From contig JBHGNT010000015.1 in the NCBI GenBank assembly GCA_043228905.1, forward strand, positions 62,001-126,000: a stretch of DNA of 64,000 nucleotides. Direction: 5' to 3'. The notes under the pieces are model-generated. The model was not told the origin of the DNA and did not search any database. It saw nothing but the letters and a program-made list of their open reading frames with translations. Position numbers and translations under genes: made by a program. Shown piece by piece: positions 24,790 to 39,538 of this stretch. Numbering within the stretch: position 1 is the first letter of the stretch; each line of letters opens with the position of its first letter. This DNA is from Azolla caroliniana. Taxonomy: Eukaryota > Plantae > Polypodiophyta.

Positions 24790-27069
24790 ACCAATGTGGG
24801 AACCGGTAGTTCCACCTCGGGTAATTTCCTCCTCTGCGATGCATTGAGTTGATTAGGAAATTCGCCTTCACTAAGAAAATTGTGTACATCTTTTAGGAAT
24901 TTTGCATCTTTACATGTCGCCAAAATACCAACAAAACCTTCCTTGCTCTTCTCCAATTGAGCTTTGAGCTTATGTTTATGAGCTATCTTCCCAAAAGATT
25001 TGAACAGTTCTATTACTTTTTTATGGAAATTTCCAACTTCCATGAACTTGTTTGATTACCAAAAAGGAATCTCCCTTAATAATGAGCCTTTTGATCCTGG
25101 ACAGGAAGAGGAAAATGATCCCTCTTGGTTGCTACGTTCAAATGTTTGTAGTCGACACAAACTGAGTCCATTTTCCATTCTTTTTGGGTACCACACCATT
25201 CAGAATCCTCCATTGGATAGATGATGTGTACTCGCAACAAAGCTTTGACTTCCTTTAATAAGGCCTCCTTTTGCATGATCCCTTAGCCTTTGCATGTTTT
25301 ATGCCCCTAATATTGTGCCTTCCTTCAAATTTATGCAATGTTGGATAACATCTACACCCTAATATGAGAGTAATCAAATAAAAAAGTTACGAAAATCAAG
25401 TCAATAAATTGTTGTGTCTCTTTTATTTGAAGATTCTTAGAAACCATCTTCACTTTTTGCCCATGGATATGAGACTTCCTTTATAATGGACGTTATCATT
25501 TCACAATCTGATGAGGAATGTTCACCTTGATCACTTTCATGGCTGGACTCATTATCGTACTTAGTAGTCCCATCTTCCTCTTTCCCAACAATTTGTTGAC
25601 ATCGCATATCATAATGGATCTTCACTCATCTCGTTGGTGCCATTGTAATCAAACCTTTGCTCCAATCATGGACCACATTGAGCTCTTGCATCCATGGTCT
25701 TCCTAGTACCAAAGAGTATGTGATGGGCCTTTTTAGTGGTATAACATGAAAATCCATCTAAATGCTTACTCCCAAGCATTCAATGACCACATCCGCCACT
25801 ATGCACAAGCAATGAAAAACTTCTCCATATGCTACTGCCACCTTTGTTGATGATGACATGCCAATAGGAATTCCCACTTTGTTTACCAACAATTAAGAAA
25901 TGAGACTTACCCTTCCACCATTGTCTACCAAGGCATCCTTAACTAGAAACCCCTTGATAGAGATGAGAATGGTTGGTTGTATAAACTTCTGCTCTCATAC
26001 TCGTAGGATACCCACATGGTGCATGGTCTTCCTACTTTTGTGAATACTTGCAAGCCTCCCCCACTCCTTTCGTAAGGTCGGAGATAACTAAAGTATTTGA
26101 GGCCATGTTATCATTGGTCTAGTTAATGCTAGTTCATGTATTAAGTTGAAAGCTTCCATTCCTCGTCTCATAAGAATATCTTCCTTCAGGAGTGTCCCCT
26201 CTTTGACTTCTCATCTTGTCATTCTACTTACTAATTTTCTTCTTTCATCTCAAAGCACTAAATTCACCTTCCACTTCCTTCTCCTTTTGAGACGTCCTTG
26301 TCATTTTCACAAGTGCTACTTCACAAGCCTCATTGCTATCATCATCAATAGATTAAGAAGATTGACATTATGGGGTATCGAGGGAACCTAGGTCGTAGAA
26401 TGTGCAACAACTTCACCTCCTTGGGATCCATTGTTGATGGGTTGATGTTGATTTCTTTACATATGATACATACATTGATCCATTTTTCCTTCTTGTCGTT
26501 GGGGACATCTTGTTGCGATGTGTCTCACTTCTTGACAGGAATAACATATTCTGCCTCGAAGCCCTTTAGGAGCCTCACGTTCTAGAATGGTATTATGAAT
26601 GGCTCGGGATTGTTGCAGATCGATCATCATTTCATCAAAACACTGGTTCATTAAGGCCATCACACCTTCTTCACCTTCTCCTTGCCCCAGTTCATGAGAT
26701 GCACATGTAGGTGTCATTGTCGTAGTAATACACACATTTTGAAACACTTGCCTCCCATGCACAATTGATGGTAAGGTTTGAAGGTTGGTGTGAGGCATCA
26801 AGTTGGCACCGAAAGTGGCCACATGGTGGTTTCCCATAGAGCTCATTACCTTTAGTTGTCGAGAATAAGCTTGCCACACTTGAACAAGAGCTTTAAAAGA
26901 GGTGGGATCCTTCCTGTTTGCCTCCAAACGAAAGTACACGTCAAGGTCCATCTTGAAACTCTCCATCTTGAACCACTTGTCTTCGGTCCCACCACGAAGA
27001 TGAACCCACATCATCCATAGATCTTTGAAATTTCTTTTATATTTGGTGAAACCCAAAGGCAATTCCATC
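24790..27069 (-). mobile_element. Highly decayed Ty3/Gypsy (non-chromovirus-like) remnant
   Basis: CVDYKHLNVATKRDHFPLP (RT start), CYSCQEVRHIATRC (Zn knuckle), many stops. Boundaries approximate. Confidence 0.75.
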
Positions 27070-27073
27070 TTAT

Positions 27074-27738
27074 TGTTGTGTCCCTAAAGAGTCCCAACCG
27101 GAAGACGGTCCCAAGATGAGTCAGTGGTCACGTACGAGCCAGGGCACCCCAAGCCGAGTTGGCATGGAACCACGAAGTCCCAATCGGAGTTGTCACAAGC
27201 ATAACCCAAGCAGGATTTGGGTTGGGATAGTCCAAGGCAGCCGCCAGTCCCAAAGTGAGTTGGGACCCCTATATCCAATCCCAATCCCATATCCACCATG
27301 GGGTGGGACAACCTTGTCCCAATGGGCAGTCCCACTTGGGACTGCTCCACTGCTAGTTCAACAACTAGCCTCAATGGGTAGCTCAAGGGCTTGCCTCAAT
27401 GGCCATTCTTGGCCAAACACTAGGGGAGACTAGCAACCACCCCTTGGCATAACGGCTTAGGAACCTCAAGAGTCAACTCTTGGCATAACAACTAGGGTAA
27501 CCCAAAACCCATCCTTACACTATATATGGAGGAGCTTCTCCTCATTTTTGTTCATTCCTCGATTTCCTAATTTACTCACTCTCTCCTTATACTTAGTTAG
27601 CTCTGAGGAGCTTGTAATAAAACCTTTCTGTAATCACGATTAAGTATTAATGATATTAAATCTTAGTTTTGACTTGATACCTCTTCTCCCCACTATGTTT
27701 TGGTCCATTTCAAGATCCCCACGTTCTAGGTTTACACA
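27074..27738 (+). mobile_element. Probable solo LTR with 4-bp TSD
   Basis: TG...CA termini, TTAT on both sides (27070-27073, 27739-27742), TATA-like at ~27520, GGGAC/GTCCC-rich 5' part. Confidence 0.55.
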
Positions 27739-29333
27739 TTATGGTAATTTAAGCTCTTCCTTTATCTTTGTAGCACTCCATCGTTGAATCTACATGGCAT
27801 GAAATTGGTGCGCCAACAATTGATATGCTCCTAGTTGATTTGGTGGAAGGGAGTTAACATACCAATCTCGAACTCAACCATAGAAAGTAGCTACCAACAA
27901 GGGCACCTTTTGATTGCGTCGTTATTTTAAAAACTAAAAACAACGACACAATATGTAAACATTAGTTGTAATTTATAGTCAGAGTAATAATTCTAGAGTC
28001 CCACCTTTACCTGAAAAACAAAAGAATGCATGAGAGTGCTCACACAAACAACATACAAAAGGAGGAGGCATGTTATTTATACATGCGCACCTATAAAGGA
28101 AAAGGAAACCCACCCATCCATGCTATGTATGTATGTATGTATGTATGTATGTATGTATATCAATGTCCTTCAAATTCATATTGCGGTGCTTCTTCCAGAG
28201 TAGATTTTGATGTATTTATGATAACATATTTTTATGTTTTACTAAATTTTCGAATTTATACACGCTCTCACATCCTCATATATCTTCTTCTTCGCACATT
28301 CAAAATCGGAATTCCCGTCATAAAATACCATCCCATTCATTTTTTATTCTCCGCGTGCCTCCTTCCCTTTTTATGTATCTACACAGGGCACACCATTTCT
28401 TAAATATGTACCCTCATACAAACATTTGGAACTAACTTCCTTTCCTCCCCGGCCAACCAAAACTCACGGCTGTTGCTCAAACGTTCAGTATATATACAAA
28501 CAGGAATTCAATCGGAGTCTGGATAGTAAGTAAGCTTGCTTCTAAGGTTAAGAGCAACATCGTATATAAGTAGGTGAACATGAACTGCTAGTAAACACAC
28601 GTGAGTCATGCATGCGTGACGAGTATCAAGGGAACAAAGCCTATTTTATTTTCGCTAGTAAAAGTAATGTATGTTTTCGTTCAGAATCCAAGCAATGCAA
28701 TTTCATCCCATGCCTGTTCTACTTCTACTAATACTTTATGAATAATCATGCGTATTTTTCTTGCCTCTCTCTCTCTCTCTCTCTCTCTCTATTATAAGTA
28801 AAGCGTAATTTTGATGCACCCTTGAGTTGTTCTGAATAAATTATGGGATTTTAGACCGAGAGTAAAGCGTAGTTTTGATTTCTTTATCCCTATTGATGAA
28901 ATATGAAGAGCGCCACGCCAGCATACACATACAAACAACATACATATATGTGTAGCGAGAAGAGTTCGCGTAGGTTATGGATGGGTGAGATGATTTTTCC
29001 ATAATGAAGTGAATGCCCTTGCTTCTTCATTTACTCTCCTGACGTATATACATACATACATACTAGTAGTACAGACGTAAAAAAAAGTGTATTATATGTA
29101 ATACATAGTAGCAGACTGCAGTGAGTATAAGTAGGAATGGCTACGCGATTGAAAGAAAGAAAAAAAGAGAGGAAGGAATGATAAACTATAATAAAAATGA
29201 CAGCCTAAAATATAGCTACTTACTTAGTACGTATTTATTTATAAGAGAGGAAAATGGTATAGGTTTAGCGTTTATGTGTATGTACATACATTATAGGTTA
29301 CGCATACATATATGGGGGATATATTCCTTCAGT

Positions 29334-29679
29334 CTATGGGCGTCCGCTCTTGCGGCGGCCCCACCAGATGTGGCCGGTGGATTTGGAGGTGTCCCAGAAG
29401 TCGATGAGGTTCCAAGGGTTCTCCTCCTGCAGCAGCTCGTGGACGGTTTTCTCCAACTCACTCGTGTGATGGAGCAGCCCATTGAGCGCGAAGGCCAGAG
29501 TGCCTAATGACAACAGGACGGTGTTGGTGAGGCTGTGGACACCGTTGGTGCTAGTAGGATCACTACTACTACAACAACTATTATTATTATTATTACTACT
29601 TCTACTGATGGGCGAAGGAGCTGCAGGTATTCCTGAGGTGGTGACCGGGGAATGGGAATGGGAATGGGAATGTTGTATC

Positions 29680-29717
<38 letters not shown>

Positions 29718-31823
29718 GTTAATAAACTGAAGAGCCTCAGAGTTGAAGGGGGGGTGCTGCGGTGATGCCGCCGCCGCCTCCTGCAATGACAAATTTAGCT
29801 CATTGGCCACATACATGACCCCCTTCTCGAATGCATCCATGAACCGCTTCCCTCTTTGCACTGCCACGTCCCCAAATTCGCAGTGCTTGAAGGCCCGGCT
29901 GTTCCTGGCGGTTAGCTCTGACCTCATCAGCCTCTCCAGCTCCGGCAAGTTCCCGGCTGCTTCAATGTCCCTGCCTTTGGCTGCTGCCACATCTCCAGCC
30001 TCGCCCCCCCCCTGGTACTGGTACGGGTAGTGCTGGTAGTGCTGGTAGTGCTGGTGCTCTGAAAACCTCTCATATTGTTGTTGCGTTTTCATGCTCATCA
30101 CTTTCTCCAGGAATGCGAATGTGGGCACTACCTTCTCTTCCATGATCCTCATCGCATCGTTCAGTGCATCCCTCAGTAGCCTGTTCATGGGTATCTTCGT
30201 CTCTTTGCCCACTTGCTTTAGCTCCTCTAACGCAGCCATGGAGAAGTGCAGCATTTCCATGATCTTTCCTTGTTGCTCCATCAGTTTCATGAATATCTTG
30301 GCAGGGAAAGCTGCAAACCAGAACTGGGGTTCCTCCGAAGCCTCCTTCACCAGGGCATTTTGGCATGAAATCAAACTCCGTAACTTCTTTTCCTTGGCTT
30401 TTAGGTCATCCATGACAGAATAACCACCGCAGACATCACAATCCCCACCAGAGAATGCATCAAAGATGCTGGAAACCAATTGCTCCATCTTGCTCAGCCC
30501 TGAAACGATCTCTGGCTTCACCATGGAGGCTGCCCTTCTCGGGAAGACAAGCACTTCAACTATGATGAAGCTTGCCATGCCAAGAAAAGCCTCCACAATC
30601 CTGATAACCGTAAACTCTTGATCACTTGAGTCCTTGTTGGTCCTTGCGAGGATGACGATGGCACCCGTTAAGGCAGAAATAGCTCCGGCATAACCGAATA
30701 TCTTACTCTGCCTCAGGAAGCTTGTGAAGACCACCCACGGAATGAGTGCCACAAGCCTCATTACAGGGAAATGAGTTGTAGCCATAACCACCAGAAGCCC
30801 ATAGATAGAACCTGAAACGGTGCCCAATGACCTCAAGACTGCAACTCTGAAGGAACCTCCTTTCGCGGGGCCAGTGTAACCCAATGCTAAAGTGATGTCT
30901 GCCCAATATCCTTTCTTTGCGTTGAACCAGAACCCAAAGAAGGCCCCAATCGCCATAGCCAGAGCCATTTTGAATGCTGCCATTAACTGTGTCGGCTCAA
31001 TCTTGAAGGAGAAGCACTCCAGGAGCTTGTGGAGTAGCCTGCTGTAGAGTCCTGGACTCTGATTTGTCTCCTTGGATCGCGAAATGAATGATGATGCATG
31101 CATGCTGGCCTCACATTTTGAGCATAGTTTTTGAAGATCACGATTATATGAGCTGCCATGTGCATATGGTGGTGCATTGGAAGCAAGGATCTGCAACTTT
31201 GACAACTCTTGAGGATTTTTTGCAGGTAACTGGAGATCAGTGGGGTATTGCATGAATTGAGTGGATGAATTAATAGCCGCAAGCATTTGGAGGTGTTGGA
31301 AATTAGGCTTGGAGTGCTCATGTAGGAATGTATGCTGTGAATTATTAGCTACTCTGGGGTCTTGATCTAAGCTCAAAAGGATACTTTTGGTCTCTTGCAC
31401 GAACATTTTCACGTTGAAGAGGAAGAAGAAAGCTGTGGCTTGAGCTTCAAATTTGGCTGGGCTAATTAATATCCCACCAGCCCCTGCGCCGCCACTGGTC
31501 CTAGTGTTGTCGAAGACATTGACATCCACATTGGTAGCTTCAAGACATGATGATGCACCAGGGACACGAGAATTACTATAGCCTCCCGTACGCACCTCAG
31601 CCAAAACGGGATCTGAGTGATATTCCTCTCCCATTTCACCGGTTGCAATCCGGTATGCTAACTGTTTCTTTGCAGTGTCGTACACTGTGTCCAACATCGT
31701 CTCGCGAGAGTCCGAGTATGTAAAACTAACCCCACCCTCTCGACCAAGGCTGCGATGATGCTGATATGCAGGCAGCCTGTCTGGATCGTCATGGCTAGAC
31801 GATTCACCATCGGACTCACTGTA

Positions 31824-31855
<32 letters not shown>

Positions 31856-32443
31856 GAGCTAAGACCTCCTCGAGAATGTTGCTCATGTCGCATGACATGT
31901 ACTCGAGATGTTCTTGAACCCGCTGCCTTGCAGTTAAGAGAGACTCATCGAAGTTGCATAATACCTCATTGCCTTCTTCAAGGATGATCTGCCTATGGGT
32001 GTGACTGGAGGAGGAGCGATGTTTTATGTCAGTGCTCGCATGCCCAAGTGCCAAGGACACCCAGTCTGTAAGGTAGATCAGGGACTGCTTCATCATATAA
32101 CTTAGGCGCCTTGCGGGTAATAGTAGTTGCTTGGGCATATTCCCAGGCCTTGCCAATATAAAAGCATCTAAATCTGCTTGCAACGCCAGCTCCAGACCCA
32201 CTGCTATCTTCCGGAGTGAGGTTAGGCCTTGTGTCACACGCTGCAGGTTCTCAGAGGTGCGTAAACGGAACCGCCGTGCTTCCCAGCCCATATCCCCCTG
32301 CATCCAGATGAAACAGAGTCAGGACTGGGCTAGTTGAGTATGAATAAAAACAACCACAGCGAAAGTTATTCCGTTTGGAATATGTATCGGACGTAATGCT
32401 AGCAACATATATTTACCCTAGCTGGATCAATTACTTCCAAATT

Positions 32444-32483
<40 letters not shown>

Positions 32484-33187
32484 GTAGTAGTAGTAGGTCC
32501 TGATCACCTTCACTGATTTTGCCCGAACATTTACAAATGACAGTTATGTATAAAAATGGAGTAGAATTGATTAGATGCGTGCCACACACGCTCTCATTGT
32601 GTGTGTGTGTGGATATAGCCTATGCTGCTTTACTGAAAAAACAGATAAATATATAATACCTCATTGGAACTTATTTCGGCGTGAACAGCAGAGCCGAGTT
32701 TGGCGAGGGACTTGGCCTGGAGGTTTAGAGCAGAGGCTTGAGTCATATCCTTGGTTGTAAAGGCATCCACCAGGACCTTCAATCTCTCGGACGTGATCCG
32801 CGCAGATAACTTGGTTTGGGAATAGACCTGCTTATAATGATCCAAAGATCTTATCAGAACAGAGAAAGGGGAGGAGTGGTGATATTCAAATTACGTCGTA
32901 TATATTGTTCGTCAGTAGCTGAGCATATATTATACATAGTATATATTGTTCGTCGGTAACATTAACCCATCAACTGAATAGTGATGACGAGTTCATACTC
33001 TATTGGCCTACTCATACCCTAGCTCTCGATAAAGCGTGTAGAACCCCTCCTACGTGTATAATCATGTAACTTGAGCAAGCTGCTCGGGGAGACTAGACTA
33101 CCTAGCCTACGAACCACCTGCAAACGATGGGTTTCAGATATGCAGGCACAACTTGAGCATTCCGTGTGGGTCCGTACTACTCATTCC

Positions 33188-33220
<33 letters not shown>

Positions 33221-33991
33221 GGATAGATTGGTTTTAGTAGTGTGTACGTACGTGCGTGCGTGTGTTACCTTTACCTGGAGGAGGGCTAGATGAGGGAGTG
33301 GCAGTAGGAGGGCCAACATTCCGCAGGTGGCACCCACAATGGTTGTTCCCGCCAAGCGGAGCGGGAAGAAGACCTGGTCCATGTGTTGCTGTTGCACGGC
33401 GGCTGTTACGTAGATGATGCCAGAGTGGGCGAGAGCTACGCGCTTGTGGAGGATGTGGGAGGAGGAGGGATAGGTGATGAGGAATGAGGTAGCGGCAACC
33501 AAGGCGATAGACACACCGATGTTAGCAAAGCACTTGGCAGGAGGAAGGAGCTGCAGGAGGACAAGGCTCATCCCCACGCCCTGCACAGTGCCCGTGCAGA
33601 CGGCCACCGTGTCTTGCATGGCCTTGCCCAGTGTGGATTCCCCAACCACCGTCACAGCCATGACATATGCGAAGATGGGGAAGGTGACCCAGTGCACGTG
33701 GGAGCTTCCCACTTGGATGATTACCCCCGCCATGAAGCATGCCCATGCCGTACGCATGGCTGCCGTCAACCGTGACCGCCAGAACACTGCCTCGTGCATA
33801 CTCTTCGGCCTAAGCTTCGACATGCTATACTTGGAAGACGTCCCACGTCGCCTGACCGCCATCTGCTTGCTGGAAGGTGCTGCTGCTGCTGCTGCTATAG
33901 AGGTAGCTTGGTGCATGTGAGCAGCCGCCGCCGCCTCCTTCAAAGAAGAGCCGCCACTTGCAGTGACTCCTGGATGCGGTTTCTGCATCAT
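29334..33991 (-). CDS. FUSC/ALMT-superfamily membrane transporter (plant AaeB-like); exons 33991-33275, 32827-32660, 32297-29334, about 1280 aa
   Basis: N-terminal TM bundle (WRSRL..AMRTAWAC, ESTLGKA, KRVAL). Second TM bundle (AFKMALA, GGSFRVAVLRSLGTVSGSIYG, PWVVFTSFLRQS, RIVEAFLG). LVKEASEEPQFWF motif. Phase-0 GT-AG introns. Confidence 0.88.
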
Positions 33992-36900
33992 TTCTATTTG
34001 TATGATATTAATATGATATTGGCTGGAGGAGAAGAGCTGCTGTAGCTACTAAATTCTTGGCTTTGACAGCCTCTTATATCAACTACTACGTTCTAAGTAT
34101 GTCAGTATAAATATACCTTCATTACATTCGTGTGTATGAGTAGTACAGAGCACAGCTGTGAGTGTTTCAATATCTTTACGTTTGAGCTCCCCATCCGCCA
34201 TGTCTTATATAATATGCGCATGTAGGTGGGTATAGGTGGACTGCAGGGGCGGTGAGAGCTACCATCAGGTTATAGTACTAGGCCTACAAGTACTTCTCTA
34301 CCCCTACCACTAGTAACTAACTACTAAGAGGGAGCAGTGGGGGTACCAAGTGGAGACCCACTTGCATGAAAGAAATTAGATTGAGATCGATTTATATTTA
34401 AATATCCTTTAACCAATAAATGTCTGCCGAATAGCTTTCTAAAGGGTAAAATGACTTGGGCGAGAATGAAATTATATATCATATATCTATCTATCTATAT
34501 ATCTATGAATGTGTGTATAGATAAGCCAGGGATGCTAGAATTACTAACTAATAAAAAATTCCCTTTTTATATTTTGGTGATGCGTATCTGATGTTCAATT
34601 CCTGAGTTTGATCATCGCCAAGATCTCTCGTACGCTGCACGGTCACGCAGTAACACCACCCACGACATAAGTTTCAGAAAGGAAGGCTGCTCGACTTGAT
34701 AGATAATCTCGTTATGTATGTATGTACATATTGGTTGTGGTGAGTGAGAGATATCAACTAAACTAAACTATGACTTGTGTACACAGAGAGAGAGAGAGAG
34801 AGAGAGGTCAGGAGTCAGGAGTCAGGACCCCCCATGGTTAGTGAAGCTGCAGAGCACGTGCAGTAAGTAGTATCCGTCCCTGGAGCTAGTCGTCATCACC
34901 CATTTGTTGCCCGCGTAGCTAGCCAACTAGGGATAGATAGAAGACAGTAGTATTCTTGGAACTTATTCTAAATTAGTAGAAGCTTTTTTCCAGGTATGCG
35001 CGCGCACGTGACGCATTTTAGATTTCTTACCTTTTTGTTTAGTTTTTAACTTATAATTCCCCCACACAAGGAGGGAACCGGGGAGCACTCACAGAAAAGA
35101 GAGAGACTAGAGCCACTCGTTCAATATTTTGTATGCCTGCGTGCCTGCAGGAGCAGCACCCACCTCTCCTTTTCAGGGCGCAGTTCCTAACACTCACCAA
35201 GTAATTAGTTTCTTCACATGACCATTTTCAAATCGCTCTCTCACCTTTTCCCTGTGGCTACTGCTTAATCCTTAATATTAAAGAAATTGGGTATGTGTGT
35301 GTGTGCGCGCGCGCGCGCTCGTAGTGCTGCGTGGGTCCTCTTGCTGCAACTGATCGATTATGTTTATCCATCCGCAAACACAAGAATCATCATCATCATC
35401 ATCATTTCTCGGCCTTCTTTTGACTTATCTCCTTTTTTATCACCCATACATACATACATACATACATACATTCAGCTAAACTTTTCTGGTCCTGACTCCT
35501 ATCTCTATATCTTGCTTTTTATTTGCAGGGGCCTAAGTTTCTTTCCTTTTCTTTTTCTATGCAGATGGGGGCAATTTGTACTTAATCCCGACAAGTTGAA
35601 CTGAACCAGGTCACCTTGTTCATGATGATCTTGCAGCGACCATCTAATCCATTCAGTGGGACGGTACTAAAATAGCTGGCTGCCAACAAGATTGGCTGTC
35701 ATCATCACTATTGGACGCAGTGATGTCACACATTTCAACGACATCCGAGTTGAAATTGCTCCACTTGCCTGACTATGACCTAGTTAGTTAGTGATGAACA
35801 TCTAAGTACTCAGCTACTTATGTAGCTTGATAATGCCGGTCTAGAGTGTTTGTGGTTTGTTCACAATACGATCACTAGAGAGAGAGAGAATAAGGCAGGC
35901 AAAACTTAAAAAGGTTTAAATGTCTTGTGAAGTGTGGATCAACATATAGCCAGTTCTCACAAAACAAGGATATCTTGTGTACCATCCATTGAAAGCGTCT
36001 ATTTTTTTTCAATGGCTTAAACATACTAGTTTCCCTAATCACTTCCTAAATACTCCTGATTTGGTATTCTGTGTATGTAGAGCATGTATATTACATTTTA
36101 TTGAACTCACATGATGGTGCTACATAATACATACTATAGGAGTGAGTCTTGAACCCCCTCCGTCCAAAAAAAAAAGGAAAATCAGGGATTAAGTGGTCAA
36201 TAAATATTCATAAAAGATGTATAACTAATGAACTTAAGCTTAAGTAGAGGAGGTCCAAACTTAGGACATCCATACGATAAAGTGTAATTTAGATGGTAAC
36301 TTGCACAAAAAATGTAGGTCTACATGGTAGACATTTCCATAGCCAAGCCAGATGTAATCATGTGGATATGTTTGGAAAGTTCTTTGTAAAAAGCTAGCTA
36401 ACTATGGTGAGGATAAAATGAGGGAAGTTTAAAATAAAGCCTCTTTTCTTTTAGCTTACTTTTTGTTTTACTTTTCTTTGGGAGGAGGGGGGATTCGTTT
36501 GCCTTATTTAATTATATATATATATAGATAATGCAGGGTACTTCCATTAATTTTGTAAAGGTTTTAAAATCAAATCAATACATTTCGATGGCAAGTTGAG
36601 ACACCGGGTTGCATCACATTGACATGCCACACACGTAATGCAATGTAATGTCTTCTTATACTTTTTTTTAGCAAGGTGTTTTATTAACTGTAAAAGTAAA
36701 GGGGAGATTTCTCTTGTGGGAACACACCTTCCTTCGCTAATAGACTTCTGACTCTGTCTCAACAGTTGCAATTTTATGAAACTGATAAATTATAATTTTT
36801 TATATAAAATAGTTGCTCTCTCAGGATCAATCGAAACACACTCAGAAAAAGAAGTGCCAGCATATTAGTATTAAAAGTCACACTCCCACCCACACTTTGA

Positions 36901-39504
36901 AGATTAAAAATTCCAAATACCACAATTGCAATGGCGTTGTCAAAAAAAAATCCATACATAAAAAATGCTACTATGCAAAGAGGAATATCATCACAATGGT
37001 GTGTTCGTTGATGTTCCCTTGTGTTTTGGGGTTGGGGAGTAACTTGCAGCTAGTTGTGAACATGGATAGACGATGCCTAAAGTCTTTTACACGCTTGGTT
37101 GTCATGTAGATGTATTTATCCATTTTATCTCAACATTTACTTTTATCGAAATAGATTTTTTTGAGTGTCCACCATTTACTTTGGTTTCCAGATGGACATG
37201 ATCCAAAGTTACACGGAAGTGGGGGATTACAAAGGGACATGATCCAAAGTTTCGGAATATCGGAAGAACTCACTTCGGGTGCACTAACTAACAACACTCG
37301 GAACCTCCAAATGTTCATCACTCTATTCAATTTTTGTTAAAATATACTTTGTACGATACATAAATGCAACTTTATGATTTTTGGAAGAGGTTAAGTTTAT
37401 GTAGTTTGTTATCTAGGAGAATTCCATTCACTTTTACTAGTGGTATATTAACTCTTTTAAACTACATATAGAAATAAAATTCCCCCATAAGTACTCTACT
37501 ACCATGACATTCACACATTACAAAAAAAAAAAAAAACAAGTTTGTGTGGCTTGGATATCACGGTTAAGGGTGATATATAATGCACATTATGTATGTAAAA
37601 GTTAAATACAAACTTATATAGTTATTATTTGTGAGAATGCATACATATATCTTCGGGAGAATATTAAATAGGGAGGGAAAAACTTATCCTTGTTCTTACA
37701 ATAAGTAGATAGATTTTATTTCTTATTCTTGTTAATTGCAGAGTTTTTTAATGTCATTGCTATCTAATCTTATGAACGCTTTGCTTTTATGCCCTCTGAA
37801 TCTAAACCTAAGACACTGGGGCGAGGGAAGAGCTTTGATTTGATCTCATTTCTATGAATTCTTTAAAAGCCTTCCCAAAATAGTTTTCGTTTAAGTGCAA
37901 TAGAATAAAAAAGAATCGGATTCGTTACTTTTAATGTGGAACCCTGAGCCTATGCCTATGATTGGATAGGATGCACTTGTGTTTGTGGCTGCCCACCATG
38001 TCATCCTATTCGTCAGCCTCCTTAATAGTAGTCGTTCTTTATAATGCATTTGTGGTACACGACGTTTAACAATAAATAGGGTATGTATACCACCACAGGT
38101 GCGGTTTAGCGATGTATGTATGTATGTATGTATGTATGCGATGTATGTAGTCTTCCATCCCCCTTCTTCCTAATTACATATATCGTGGGTCAAAATTTGC
38201 GCTTTATTTCGAGCTCAAGCATGGGCAATTCATATGTTTACGTGAAAGCTAGCTTCATTTAATATCTAATTGCGCGTCAATAATGTTTGTTGATTTGTCT
38301 TCATCTTTATCAAAGCTAGTTATTATGATTATGCATGTTGATATGTGTGATGATGATCTCTCGAATTCGGTACACAATTAGTAATGATATTCATTGACTA
38401 GTTGTCATACTTGCTACATCCTGTATCAGTAGTGTTAAAACATAATAATATGGGAATAAGTTAGTAGGTGCCTTTAAGATAATTTCTTGTGGGTAATTAG
38501 AACACTTCAATCACTTAATTAAGCTTCCGGATTAAATGTCTTGACCGGCTTAGAGGTACCTATAAAATAACATTACTGAGCTCATTTATGTGTATCTTTT
38601 ATACGGACTTGTTTCAAATATTAGTTACAGTTTATGATCAGATACTAGCCGATGGATCAGCGTGGTGATCGGGAAACCTCCTCCCTATTAATTATCCAAT
38701 GGAAATACTATTTCAAATTCTAGTATGCGTGCGGCGTGAGCGCATGCTAGTCATCCTCTAATTTATATATAGCGCTGGGAGTAATTAGAGTTGATATTGT
38801 TAGGGGGGTACTAAATCTGACTGTATTATCTAGTAATGATGACATTGTCCAGTCAAGTAGTTACGCAATGTTGCAATCGTAATAGCAGTAGACGCACATA
38901 CTCTTAGCTATATATGTTTCATCACTCTCCATTAACTATATGCATGGTGGATGAAGCACCGTCGGAAAGCCAAAATAAGTTGAAAGCTAACTGTCATATA
39001 TTTGCTATATGTATACATATATGTATGTACAATTTAGAATGAGGGCGACAGTGAGAGTATAGTATGTACTAATTTTAGCGAACTCCACAATGAAGTATAT
39101 ACACATATCCCAACTCTAAGGTTGTTTTGTTTTGTTCATACTCCAATTGATTTTTCCTGGTTCATTATTACACATGAAGGAATCACCAGTGCATCTTCAT
39201 GTCGTCCATGATATAATACGTGGTATTATATATATATATATATAATCGGCCTGGGAATTCTAAATTATGAGCTTTTTTAATATGGATGGCAACGATGTGA
39301 GATCTCACTCTGTGTGTGTAATATGTATGTGTCTGTGTCAGAGTCTTGAGACCACTACTTATAATAAGTAAATGTTGATGAAGCCATGATGGTAATTAAA
39401 GTAGACATTCATATATGTATGTAGAGAAAGATCCACCACATGTGTCACAAATTACAATATATAATCTTGAGTGATCTTTTTTAGCAGTAAGCAGAATGTC
39501 TTGG

Positions 39505-39538
<34 letters not shown>

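Noticed and set aside
36140-36160. Another tRNA-like head (minus-strand GGTTCAAGAC)
   Set aside because: B-box-like only, with no A box at the right spacing.
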